In this document: positions 26,501-37,387 of the stretch, piece by piece
Layout: each line of letters begins with the position of its first letter
How positions within the stretch are numbered: the first letter of the stretch is position 1
Assembly (NCBI GenBank): GCA_002633005.1
Contig: NMRA01000974.1
Location: forward strand, 1 to 64,000
Length of the DNA: 64,000 nt
Direction: 5' to 3'
Source of the DNA: Phoronis australis
Lineage: Eukaryota; Animalia; Phoronida
Made by a program: the position numbers and the translations under genes
The notes under the pieces: generated by a model
Told to the model about the DNA's origin: nothing
The model's input: only the letters and a program-made list of their open reading frames with translations
The model's database searches: none

Positions 26501-29008
26501 TCAAATCCACCTGAAAACGGGAGGATAGCGTCATATTACTAATAGGTGTCTATATACCAAATTTCATGAAAATCCGTTGAGGACTTTTGAAGCTACAGCG
26601 GTAAATGTAAAAAACTAAAATTGCTACTAGGGGGCACACCGGTAGCCGGATCTTTCTGAAAATTCGCTCATGCTGTCCCATCCATGGAAGGAACACATGT
26701 GCAAAATTTCATGAACATACATCAAGGGGTTTTGGAGATAGAGCAGCGGACATCGGACGGACGGATGGAGATGACGGCATAATGCATCCACATATAAATA
26801 TGTGGGCGCATAAAAATGTGTCTATGTGATCGACACATTTCGTTTCGCAAGGGAAACCCACCGAAACTTTGTGATCATCATGTGGTCTGCACCTGCATCA
26901 CCGGCACTTTCCCACATCGGGTGGAACAACTGGTTCACACGCTGGGCGGAACAACGGAAGCGCAAACCTCAAATCGGTTCTCCGCCTACTTGCTGGGGGT
27001 AACTGTAATGCAGTCCTGATGTAACTGTGTTCTACGTCTACCACTAGCCAGTACGGAGGCAGGCTGGCGCCAATCTGGCCATATGTGGACAGCGGAGCTC
27101 AAACATACACACATGCAGGGACACTACTGGCATGGTGGGGACTGTGAGGATAAGCCCAGGTAGAATTAAGAGCTGAGTGTGAGCCATTTGTTTCGCTTTC
27201 AGAAACGTTGCGTTGAAAGTCCACTGAAATGTGTTGTTTACCGGCCAATTGTGTCGCTCACTCCAAAGCCTTGAAAATATTACAAAGGCAAGCCAAACGT
27301 AGCCGATGTTACCCGTGAGGGTCGAGTGCCTGGTTTCCGGCATGACGGGGTTGCCGCCGGCTTTGCACTTTTCGAAACGCTGCAGACCAGAGTGGTCAAC
27401 TTGGCCTGCAGGCTTTGTGCAGGCCAAGGCAAAGCACTGTGCAGTCCCCCCCCCCCCACCATGGACCCTACAGTATCCGCGAAGTCCCCAAAAATGTGTC
27501 GTTTACCGGCCAATTGTGTCAATTTCAGAAACGTGTTGAAGAAATTTCAAAGACCCAGACATGAATGTGTCGTTTACCAGCCATTTGTGTCAATTTCTGG
27601 AACGTTGCATTTAAAAAACTTTAAAGTCCCCTGAAATGTGTCATTTATTGTCCATTTGTGTCCCGTCAAGTTTTCAAAGGAGCTTTGAAAATATAACAAA
27701 GGTAAACAAACGTAGCAGATGTTAGCCATACTCAACAGCGTTGAGCGGCAGGTCTTCCGCTTGGCCAGGGTGGCACTGCCGGCTCTGTGCTCAGCGAAAC
27801 GCCGCGGTCCACATGGTCAAGTCGGTTTGGCTTGATCAGTGCTGCATGGTGCCATGAAAATTAGACGACTTAAAGCCGAAGGCCGGGGATCACCAGGTTA
27901 TTGGCGCTACAATCCTCCCTATGATAAAGTGTCCATGAGTATCATTGAAAATTTTCATGAAGTCCCATGAAATGTGTCGTTAATTGGTCATTTGTGTTGC
28001 TTTGTGAAAGGTACCAAGGATTCCTTTTCTTTCTAAGTTCCCCGGTTATGTGTCGTTTATAGGACATTTGTGACGCTTTCTGAAAGGTACAACCCACAAG
28101 GCGAAGTCAAGTTCAGTCATGAAGCATACACCAGATCTTGATGGTCCGCTGGTTTGGCTCTGATTGGCAAATCGCCGTGGTCCCCATGGCCATGCCCGTC
28201 ATGATGACTCTTCTGTTCACAAGCGGTCGATGTCTGGGGGAGCGGTCATGATGCTTTAAAAGTGCCGCTATAGTTGTGTCCCTGATGTGTCCTTGATGTG
28301 TACCTGAAGCGCTGCAATCCACATATGGCCAGATCCACTGCCCGCCTCCATACTAGCAACAAGCAGGGAGCGCACAGGATCAAGATTCATTCCAGTTGCC
28401 CCCAGGTTGGCGGAGGACCGATTGGAGGTTTGTGCACCTGTTGCTTCGTTGTCGGAAAAATGCCGGTGCACATGATCGGGTACTGCCCGACCATCCGGAA
28501 GTTTCGGCGGGTTTCCCTCATGAAACGAAATGTGTTGATTACACTGACACATTTTAAAATGCGAGTTTTCTCTTTACCCTATATCGTGCCATATTATCTC
28601 TGCATTTGCTTTAGAGTGTAGTTATAAATGGCACCACTTGTGTCAGATTACATTTGGCCAGTTTTTATCCACATCGTTCCAAAGCTGCATATTATTCACA
28701 TACTACCACTACACTATCGCAGCATACATCCCATCGCCCGGCTAAATGCCGCAGGTCAACCGGGGCAACGTGTTAGACAACAATCTGATCAATCATAATC
28801 ATAGTATCATACCAATTGTCCTACAGCGAACCATTGCTCGAACTTCAGACTTTGTTCTTTGAGACGTGAGTGATTTGTCCAACACTGGATGCCTGTATTT
28901 CTTCGGGAACCTTTCCTTGACAACTGTCGATCGTCCATAAAACACCATACTATAAATTCTAGCTTCTGCCCCCTGTTTGATAAGAGTCACTTCGCTTTCA
29001 TGCGCCAT
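23582..29008 (-). CDS. TP53RK: EKC/KEOPS complex kinase TP53RK/PRPK (Bud32), 226 aa. Exons 29008-28813 and 24066-23582
   Basis: IKQGAEARIY, VKERFPKKYRHPVLD, IIHGDLTTSNMLL, IDFGLS, EDKGVDLYVLERAF and C-terminal RGRKRSMVG. A phase-1 GT-AG intron joins the two exons. Confidence 0.97.
24150..24735 (+). mobile_element. Old degenerate HINE-like copy
   Basis: AACAAGAC start, GTCATAAAAATGCCCATTAGATG and CCACTAGGGTGTGCC. Confidence 0.6.
24816..28591. mobile_element. Foldback-like DNA element (~1.8 kb without the insert) with diverged ~350-bp TIRs. The left TIR is split by a HINE insertion
   Basis: TGGCATGATATAGGGTAAAG at 24816 is the reverse complement of CTTTACCCTATATCGTGCCA ending at 28591. The arms continue at 26812-27130 versus 28280-28558. 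Internal repeats AAATGTGTCGTTTACCGGCCAATTGTGTC. Confidence 0.8.
24852..26815 (+). mobile_element. HINE/pearl-like element, long complete copy 2
   Basis: CAAGAGC start, subterminal ATGCACCCA, 12 motif-bearing subunits, (GGAC)n microsatellite and terminal hairpin ATGCATCCACATAT-AA-ATATGTGGGCGCAT-AAAAA. Confidence 0.9.
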
Positions 29009-29290
29009 TTTAAATTTTAAAGCAAAGGTGGTTGTATTTTATTGTTTTCAAATCACAAAGAGTGAATCGTAGGCCTCGTGTTTTTCTTACTTTACTCCGT
29101 TGTGTGGCATTTGTTGCCTTTCTCTATTTCAGCGCAATAATTACCCTATGAACAATGTACCTAAAATTGGAGTTCTTGTGTAAAAATGTTTTCAAAATTT
29201 ATTTCGATAACTTGTGTCATTACCATTGCCCACGATAATAGTGGACTAAAGACGGTAGGACTGATAGTGAACACTGGAGAACAGCTGAAA
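29009..29290. promoter_or_regulatory. Compact bidirectional promoter between TP53RK and FITM2
   Basis: The divergent start codons are only 282 bp apart. Confidence 0.65.
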
Positions 29291-30203
29291 ATGGCTAAAG
29301 GTCGCAGTTCCGATTCATACAAAACTTCAAATGACAAGATAGGACTGAGAAAGAAATCCATCCCTGGGCCAACAACTCCAGTAGACTTTTTTGGAATGAT
29401 TGTTATGAAAATTGCGAAGAAAATCCTGCTCGTTGACACCCATGTAAAGATCGGATTTTATTGCGTTGTAGTGATGGTCGCTTCCGTGATATGTGATTTG
29501 TTTCACCCACCCATGTTCTATCTGGGGTCGAAAAATAGCGTTTTTAATGTTTACTTTGTGAAAATAGGATGGGGATGGACACTGGCGTTATGCGGATCAT
29601 TTATATTTCTCACTAGCTATACATATTGCTGTGGACATCTGAACTTGGTGTGTAGACNATTTAGCTAGACTTGCTGTGGGAACTGTTGAGTGGTGGGTGT
29701 GGGTGAACCTGTTCAACACAGTGGAGCATGCTTCTGGCTTCTGTACTAAAGATGGACATGATAGCAAAACCTTGTGTCTCAACTCCGGACATCTGTGGCT
29801 AGGATTTGATATATCAGGACATACATTTTTATTGCTTCACTGTCTACTGACTATCTCTGAAGAATGCAAGTGTTTGAGACATTGGGAAAGAGTTGTAGAT
29901 AACTTCAAAACGGATGATGAACGTAAAATGCCTAACCAACTCCCTGCACAGGATTTATGTCAACTTAAAGTTTCATACTATAGTTTGGGGCCATTCATTA
30001 AACTGAATGCTGCACTCTTGTCATTCCTGATGGTTCTTTGGGAAATGATGCTCTTGATTACTGCTCTGTATTATCACACGTTAATACAGAAGTTCATTGG
30101 TGCTAGTATTGCTATAGGTACATGGTTTGTTACGTATCAAGTCTGGTATAAATGTTCCTGGTCACCAGGTCTTCCAGGGCACGGTGTTATAGATGTAGCT
30201 TAG
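29291..30203 (+). CDS. FITM2: Fat storage-inducing transmembrane protein 2 (acyl-CoA diphosphatase), intronless, ~303 aa
   Basis: KNSVFNVYFVKIGWGWT, FIT signature GFDISGHTFLL...ISEE and YYHT. Deleting the single N at 29658 fuses the two ORFs (CRHLARLAVGT). Confidence 0.93.
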
Positions 30204-33200
30204 TTTTTAGACTTTTTAGAATGCTAATTTATTACAGCTTTTTGCTCCATCTTACTTATTGGTCATTATTTTGATATAAGTAGTCTCAGGTGGATGTTTT
30301 ATCTTCCTATTTGTAGCACCTGTAAACCTGCCTTCCGTTGCAAAAAACAACTTTTGATTTGGACTATGTACCATTATGAAACTGGTCTCAAATTGTTCCT
30401 TACTCAAATGCGAGGGGAATTCAGGGTTTTGAAAAAACTTTCAGTTTGTTTCTGTTTTAGACCAGGCTCTACTTGTTTGTCACAGCGTGTCATTTAAAGT
30501 GCCCAGCATGTTTTTAAAGAATAACAATCTGTCGGTTCCTTGCAAATCCAGAAAATAATCACTTCTCATCTGAAGTCAGGAAACAGTTGACAACAAATTT
30601 GCAGTGTTAAATGCTTTACGTAAATCAAAAGTTGACTTCTTCAACAGAACATGGATTTGCAGGCACTTTATTGAGACATTTTCTTCCTCACCACTTGAGA
30701 TTTTTATTGCGAACCAGCCACTATGTTTTTTCTAAAATCTTTCCGGACCATAGGAGAAAGTGATTTTCATACCCAAACAGATCATTGACAATTTCAGTGT
30801 CCAAGTACATCAATTTTGGCATAGTTAGTCAATTTTCCGAGCTTGGACTGTTTTGTAACAATAACAGGTGAACTTTATTTCTGTTAGAAACCAACAGCTA
30901 CATCCCAAAATACTACAATACCCTTTTTGATTCTGTGGTACTTACCCATAATGGTCTGCCCCATGAGAGAACTTGTCCCACAGATGTACATCAATACAGT
31001 GCAAATCACTATTGTACTGCAAAATTATGATGCTCGTCATTCTGACCAAGTTTTACTGATGAATGCTTGGTTGCAGTGACATCAGGAAGTTAAAATGGCA
31101 TTAAACCTGTGTTTTATGTTTTAATTTAGGCCACTCACCATTGTGAAATTGGTTTCAAATTGTTCCTTGGTCAAATTGGAGCTAATTTGAAAAAATGACA
31201 GTTCATTATTGGTTGAAACCTGTAAAATACCAGGTCACTTGATGACCTGAAATTTTATGAGCTTCATCTGAAGAAATATTGGACTGTCGATTGCCCAAAA
31301 ATCATTTCTAAATTGAGTTGGGAACAATTTAAAACTATAGTTATAACAGTATGAGGTCTAACTCAAAACTTGTTTTTGACAGAAACCGTTAAGTTAATGC
31401 CACTTTAATAATGCCATATTCTAAAAACAATTAGGGCCACAACCTTTTTAAACTACGTCAATCATACAATGATTATTTCTATTTCCATGAAAGAGGCGAG
31501 TTCCATTCAGGTTGTAACTTGTTAGAGTTTATATCAGCCTAGCTCACTATGTCTCTTTGACCGTAGGTCACTGTCTCTTTGACCGTAGGGAGGAAATAAG
31601 ATTTATAATTTTCATCTTTGCTAACGAATATACTACTTTCTGATGTTTTTGTGATTGGAGAACTATTAATAAAATAATGAGCCGTAATTTGTTACCGAAA
31701 ATAAAAGCACAAAGTTTATTAACACTGGCAGTGATGCTTGCTGTCATTTTGGACATTTCTTACTTTTATTGTAAGTTTTGTCACGACTCCACTCTTGTCA
31801 CATCTTCAAGGTGTAAACATCTTCATCTCGATCTTGTACATTTTGTAAAATGGAAAGCTTGACGTGATTTTATGTTGCTCAGTTTTTTAAGGATTGCTTT
31901 CCTTTTATAGGTGCAATCATACATTATATCCATGAATTAAACCGTGGGTGGTTGATGATTTAGGAAGGTACTACCAGATACCTCTGGTAAAGCACCCTTC
32001 CCGCAAAGCTCCCATGGACGCTTTGTCAGAAATGCAGAGAGTAATAGCGCCCGTGTTTGCGAAAAGACAATGAAACAACCAAAAGTACTGTTTTGTTCCC
32101 TTTCATGTTCTAGGGTTTGCCCCGGGGGTTTGCCCAACATACGGGTGTCATTCTCTTTGTAATTGTTTTAATTACCTCTAACTGCCCATTCATACTATTC
32201 TGAAAGTCAACCACTTTGAACGCGAATCCTTCAGAGCAGTGAATGTTAAGTGCTGACTGATCAAACTCTCCCACAACTATCTGGTAATCAACCATCGTTA
32301 ACTCGTCAACTTATTTTAGATCAAAGATATTAGGATGCGCCATCAGAGAACAGCAAAATCATATTACTGAAAAAGTTTCATGGAAGAAATCGTAGCCGAA
32401 AAACCGTGTGCACTTAGTGATCTAATATGCAGCTTTGACCAACGCAAGGGTTCGTCAAGAGTTTTATTGCATAATGCATAGTCGTAGGAAGCCTGGTACT
32501 CGTGAAATTGGGACGCAGGAAGCAATAGGTTATGCCCCTCCAATAATTTATAGGCGTGAGGTTAATGTGCAACCTCTGCAATACATTCCAAAGGGGAATT
32601 CGTCAAAAAGCATATGCATGTGTTGTCGGCATTTTGGAATTCGTCTATATTATCTTGAAACTTGCGTGTTGTTGATTACCATGCGTCCCGCAACGGTTGC
32701 TGAGGATAGTTTACGTTTTGACGTAGACGTTTTATATCCCGCCTTCTGTTTAAATGCTTTTCATTCTCCAGTATTTGCCAACCGTTATCAGGGCAAAAAC
32801 AATGTAAGCGTAGATTTCTGCTGAAAAGCAGAAATCTACGTTATCAAAATTGATAACTTCTTGTACACCCCTTTCTCCGAGTCGTAAATTATCCCTTTCC
32901 CGAACTATTTTTGAGCGGACTCACGAAATGTTCCAATTTCCACTGGCACATCAGTGTTGTTTGGAAGTCACACAGTCAAGATGAACCGACTGGTACCTAG
33001 TGGTAAAGGAGCGTTCATATATTACGTCATCATTCGAGGTAGGAGGTTTGCCGGGGAAAGATGACGATTTCCAACAAGGGGGAGTTAGACTCATGGTGAC
33101 GTCAGTGTGTTTTTTAGAATATCTCCATCACAGTACATATCGTTGAGAAACTGGTTCATCTTCTATAGCAGTCGAATTCAGTAACAAATTCCAAAACCGA

Positions 33201-33600
33201 GACATGTCGTTTCACGCTTCCAAGATTTAATAATATTTCACTGGCTAAGTTTACCTTATAAACATGTACGCACAGACAAACACCAGGCCCACTCGATCAC
33301 TGCCTATCACTGACAAGCATAACTTTGACGAAACGCACCAGCACGTCCAGCGGCAGGCATGGTCGAGTTTCGCAAGGGATGGGATTGAAATTGCCGGACT
33401 AAGTTACGCACATAGGCAGTGTTTCGACATAATTTATTGTTTTCATTATTAATATGGCGTTGTTTTACTTTGCTTTCATACTATACCTCAAGTTTAGTCA
33501 TTATCAAACCTCATGTTTTGATTGCCGATTCAGTGGAGACTGGCCACAGAGTCAAATGTCGATAGTGTTGCAACAACGCGGCGACCCCAATGAACCCACT

Positions 33601-34188
33601 ACAAGACTGCACCACAAACAGTGTGCTTCAAGGAGCGTTTTTAGTATCATAAAAATGACCATATTGCATGGCGGAGAATATGTCGAACCCGTTAGAAATT
33701 GGGAAGGCGTCAAATCGTCTGACTTTTATAGAACTATTTGCCAAAATTCATGAATATCCACTCAGGCACTCCAAAGATACAAAGGCAAGCGTAGAAATTA
33801 AAATTGCCACAAGGGGGCACAGCGTTCAAAAAGTTTATATTGATATAATGATTCTTCAGTTTGAATTGTTCGGTGGATAGAGAGGCTAATGACAACACGC
33901 TCTCAAAACAATTAAAATACAATTAGTCCTTCCGAAAATTGGAACGCGCCATCGCCTCCTTAATAAAAAACTATTTGCCAAATTTCAAGAAAATTCATTA
34001 AGGAACTCAAAAGATACCGTGGCAAACATAAAAAAATTGCCACTTAGGTCAGAGCGGTATTTGGACTGGCCCGTCGTCGTCTGTCAAATCTTATAAAGAT
34101 CCTGCAAGGTATTTACAACATACAGCAGCGGACGTCGGACTGAGACGACGGCCATATGCACTCGCATATAAAAATGTGGGTGCATAAG
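33601..34188 (+). mobile_element. Short, older complete HINE-like copy
   Basis: ACAAGAC start, TTGCCACAAGGGGGCAC, GCAGCGGACGTCGGAC and terminal ATGCACTCGCATAT-AA-AAATGTGGGTGCAT. Confidence 0.75.
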
Positions 34189-34284
34189 AAGGCCACCCTC
34201 ATTTAAACATTTTGTTTTCCCGCCTTATCCTCACTCCTTTGACGTAGTTAGGTTCATTATTTTTGGTTTATAGCTGAAATGGCT

Positions 34285-34318
34285 TATTTTATTTTATTTT
34301 ATTTTATTTTATTTTATT
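34285..34318. repeat. (TTTTA)n microsatellite
   Basis: Seen directly. Confidence 0.9.
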
Positions 34319-34838
34319 GCAGAATACAACAGCGGCAAATGCAACTCACGATTATAAAGCAACATTAGTTTGTTATTAGAATTGTAAATACGGAATCTCC
34401 AACGAACAGTCGGTTCTTCCAAAACAGGGAGGATTGGCTGTGATGACGTAATTAGATGCTGGACGGGGAGGGTTATATCAGGATAACGAAGGGGGGGGGA
34501 TGGGGTGTAAACATTGGCAAATTTTGGATGACGTAATATATGTACACTGCCTAATTAGTGAGCCGTTAGTCCCCAGGCCGGAAATTTGAAGTCTAACTGC
34601 CAGTGTGCAATCAATCTGATGAGATTTTAATACTGCTAGTAGAACTTTGTATTTTGCGTTCGAGAACTTGTGGTTTACTGTACATGTGAAATGATACAGT
34701 GACTTAACGTTTATTGGTTCGAACCTGATACACAACCATTCCAGTTGGTCATCCCATTTTAGATACCAGTGAAATGGCGAACACATATACTGGTTAGTGA
34801 TACTGTTCTGTCTGTCAGTATTTATTACACACTCGATG

Positions 34839-37387
34839 TTAATACAGTTTTATGCCTGTCTCAGTCCATTTGTTGGACTTGATACGCATCTCTACAATTT
34901 CCGCTAGGTGTCCCTTCTTCATATGTCTCAGAGTTCCCACCATATCTTCTATCGTGGCCGTAGCGCTCACACGCTGCCACTTCTGAAGACTTCTGATGGC
35001 CATCTGTGTAGTGGTGCAGGGGTCCCATCTTTCGCATGTACGTTGTATAACTGCAATATGAAACAATGCTCTGATGGATCATATCCACCTATCTTGCTTT
35101 GCTCACTAGAATACATTGCAAAGACAATTTCTTAATTTTAGACAATTAATGAAAAACGAGGATGTTCCTTAAGGTTTTGAACCACGTTCATTTGAAAGAC
35201 GTAGACACTTATGTTTTATCAGTAAGAAATGTGACAGGTACTGAAAAGGGGAATGCCCCCTCTTAAAACATAATTAGTGTTTTTGAAATTTAAACCTTAA
35301 ATCTTTATCTGACCGGTTTCAGTGATCTAAAGGGGACGTTATCAAGACTATCAGAATGATGTGAACTCGGCGAATGAGCATTGTGGTAGCAGAGCTCTTC
35401 AAGGGGATTATTTACTTGTTCCGTGGTTCTCACAGAAATCTAAAGAACGCATACGTGTGGTCACTTACCTTTCAAGTCGTTGACTCTTGTATCATAATCT
35501 CTCTCTGGTGAAAATGGAAGCTTGTGGTACAGCGTAACCCAATCGTTCGGTATGGCTTCCGCAACAAGTCTACAGGCGAAGGCAAGCTTTTCTGTAAGAA
35601 AATTGGCTTTGGTGAATTGTTTTGGGCCATGGCATACGACTTGGCTGTGTCCACACACCACGATATAAAAAACCGTGATTGTAACAGGAAAGTCTTGTTC
35701 AGGTAGCCCTGCGTACCTTTCAGTTAAGTTTAATTCTTGTCCCGTTTTCGATGTATCATATACTTCTATGGAAATACTCATGTGAGTCCCGCCACAGGTG
35801 TGTATGATGGTGGTTACTGATTGGCTGAGGAACTTCACATCGATTAGCGACGGTCGTATCTATTAGAAATTTTTCATTCACTTAAGGCTAACATGGGGAA
35901 AAAGACTAGTCTTGGGAACTAACTGCCACGTCACTATACGCTTACCTTTCATGTCACCAGCTCTGAATTTCCTCTTTTCAAAGTAGTTAATCTTTTTTAC
36001 AGTATCTGAGCTCGTCTTCAGTTCTTTAATCTTGGCAAGAGTGTCCATTTTGTTACTGAGGTATTGAAACTCCATTTGTCGCTGCTCAACGTCTTTTTGT
36101 GATGGCAAAGAATGGTGGCAAAGCCTGCTTTGGCGTTTCTTGCTGGTGTCAATTTCTAGAATGAGTTTGCTGATTTCTTTCGACAAATTAGCATTTTCAT
36201 TTTCCAGTTTACTTTTTTCATGAGTTTTGGTCAAAAGCTGATTGGACAAGGAATCGTGGGCATCCTTAATTGAAGTGACCTCGGGAGCCAAGGCCTCTAG
36301 ACTTCTCGGAGATATTTGGCGTTGCGCTTGTTTAACCTTTTCAGCCAGTTTGCTGTTCTTGGTGTTAATGTCTGTGTGAAGTTGTTTGATTGCAGCTATC
36401 AACAGTTGAATTTCTACGAAAACTTGTCGCTGTCTCTGTTGCAGCTGCTTCAGTTTCAATTCCAGTCTGTCGTTGGAATGACTGCCTTTAAAAATGCGAT
36501 ACTTTACGTCCTTTTCGTGATGAGCAGCTTTGCGAAGTTCCTCCGTCATTGAAGATTTGCGCGCAAAAAGCTGGTTAATCTCTGCTGTTAGGTTAGCCAC
36601 GTAGCATTCATCTTTCATGATCCATTTCTTGGCTGGCTGACAAGCAGCGAGTACAGTTTCACATATCCCGTTCATGTAATGTAGGACTTTACTGTAGTTG
36701 TCCAAGTACTTTGAAAACGGCGAAACGTGTTCTTGGATGTTTTCGAGAAGACTGTCAAATTTTACCATATTTGTATACATCTCATTTTCGTACTTCACTC
36801 TTTCTGATTCATAATCGTCCACAGATTTCAAGCTGAGAAGTTCAGCCTCTGTTGCCATGGTTAGGCAATACTTTTCAAGGTTATGTTTTATTTTATTGAC
36901 AAGTTTTTCTCGCCATTTGAACACGGCATGAGAAAATTCAATTGCTCTTCGGCACAAGTCTTTCATTTCTGCATATTCTCGCCTGCGGATGAAATCTTCA
37001 TCATCTGTTACTTGTTCCAGAATAATTTCAAATGAAAGGTAATCTTTAATTCCTGAATAATGACCAATTCGCTGGAGACAGCTTTTAACAAACTCTGTCC
37101 ACGTGTCCGCTGAATCATCGGCCGCGTTCTTCAACCAAAGTTGTTGGAAATGTAAAACGTCTTTCTCAAGTTGCAGGATACATAGTTTAATTTTACTTCT
37201 TATTGCGCCTAACGACACTGGCAACGTCTCCTTCGCAACGGCCTCCTCAAGTTGTCGGTCGTGTGTCTGCGGACTCATCACGGGCGCTGTTGGTGCTTTA
37301 CTCAGCAGCATAGCCGACTGTTGAGTGCGCTGTTTACGCGCAGCAAAACTCGTAGGAGACGGTGCCCTCACCGATCCCTTGACCGAC
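34839..37387 (-). CDS. Long coiled-coil protein with a C-terminal death domain. Exons 37387-35946, 35591-35469, 35050-34839. The 5' end is unresolved (candidate exons 37996-37885 and ~37625-37500)
   Basis: A 509-aa ORF with heptad-rich helices joins via phase-1 GT-AG introns to CRLVAEAIPNDWVTLYHKL...AIRSLQKWQRVSATATIEDMVGTLRHMKKGHLAEIVE, a death-domain pattern (W..L...L; L..W; AT...L...L). Confidence 0.8.

Noticed and set aside
29186-29290. Upstream ATG extension of FITM2
   Set aside because: No family similarity and probably within the promoter/UTR. The ATG at 29291 has a better context (AAAATGG).
35592-35859. N-terminal part of ORF 35461-35838 as coding sequence
   Set aside because: The acceptor at 35860 leads to a stop. 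The acceptor at 35592 gives the in-frame death domain.
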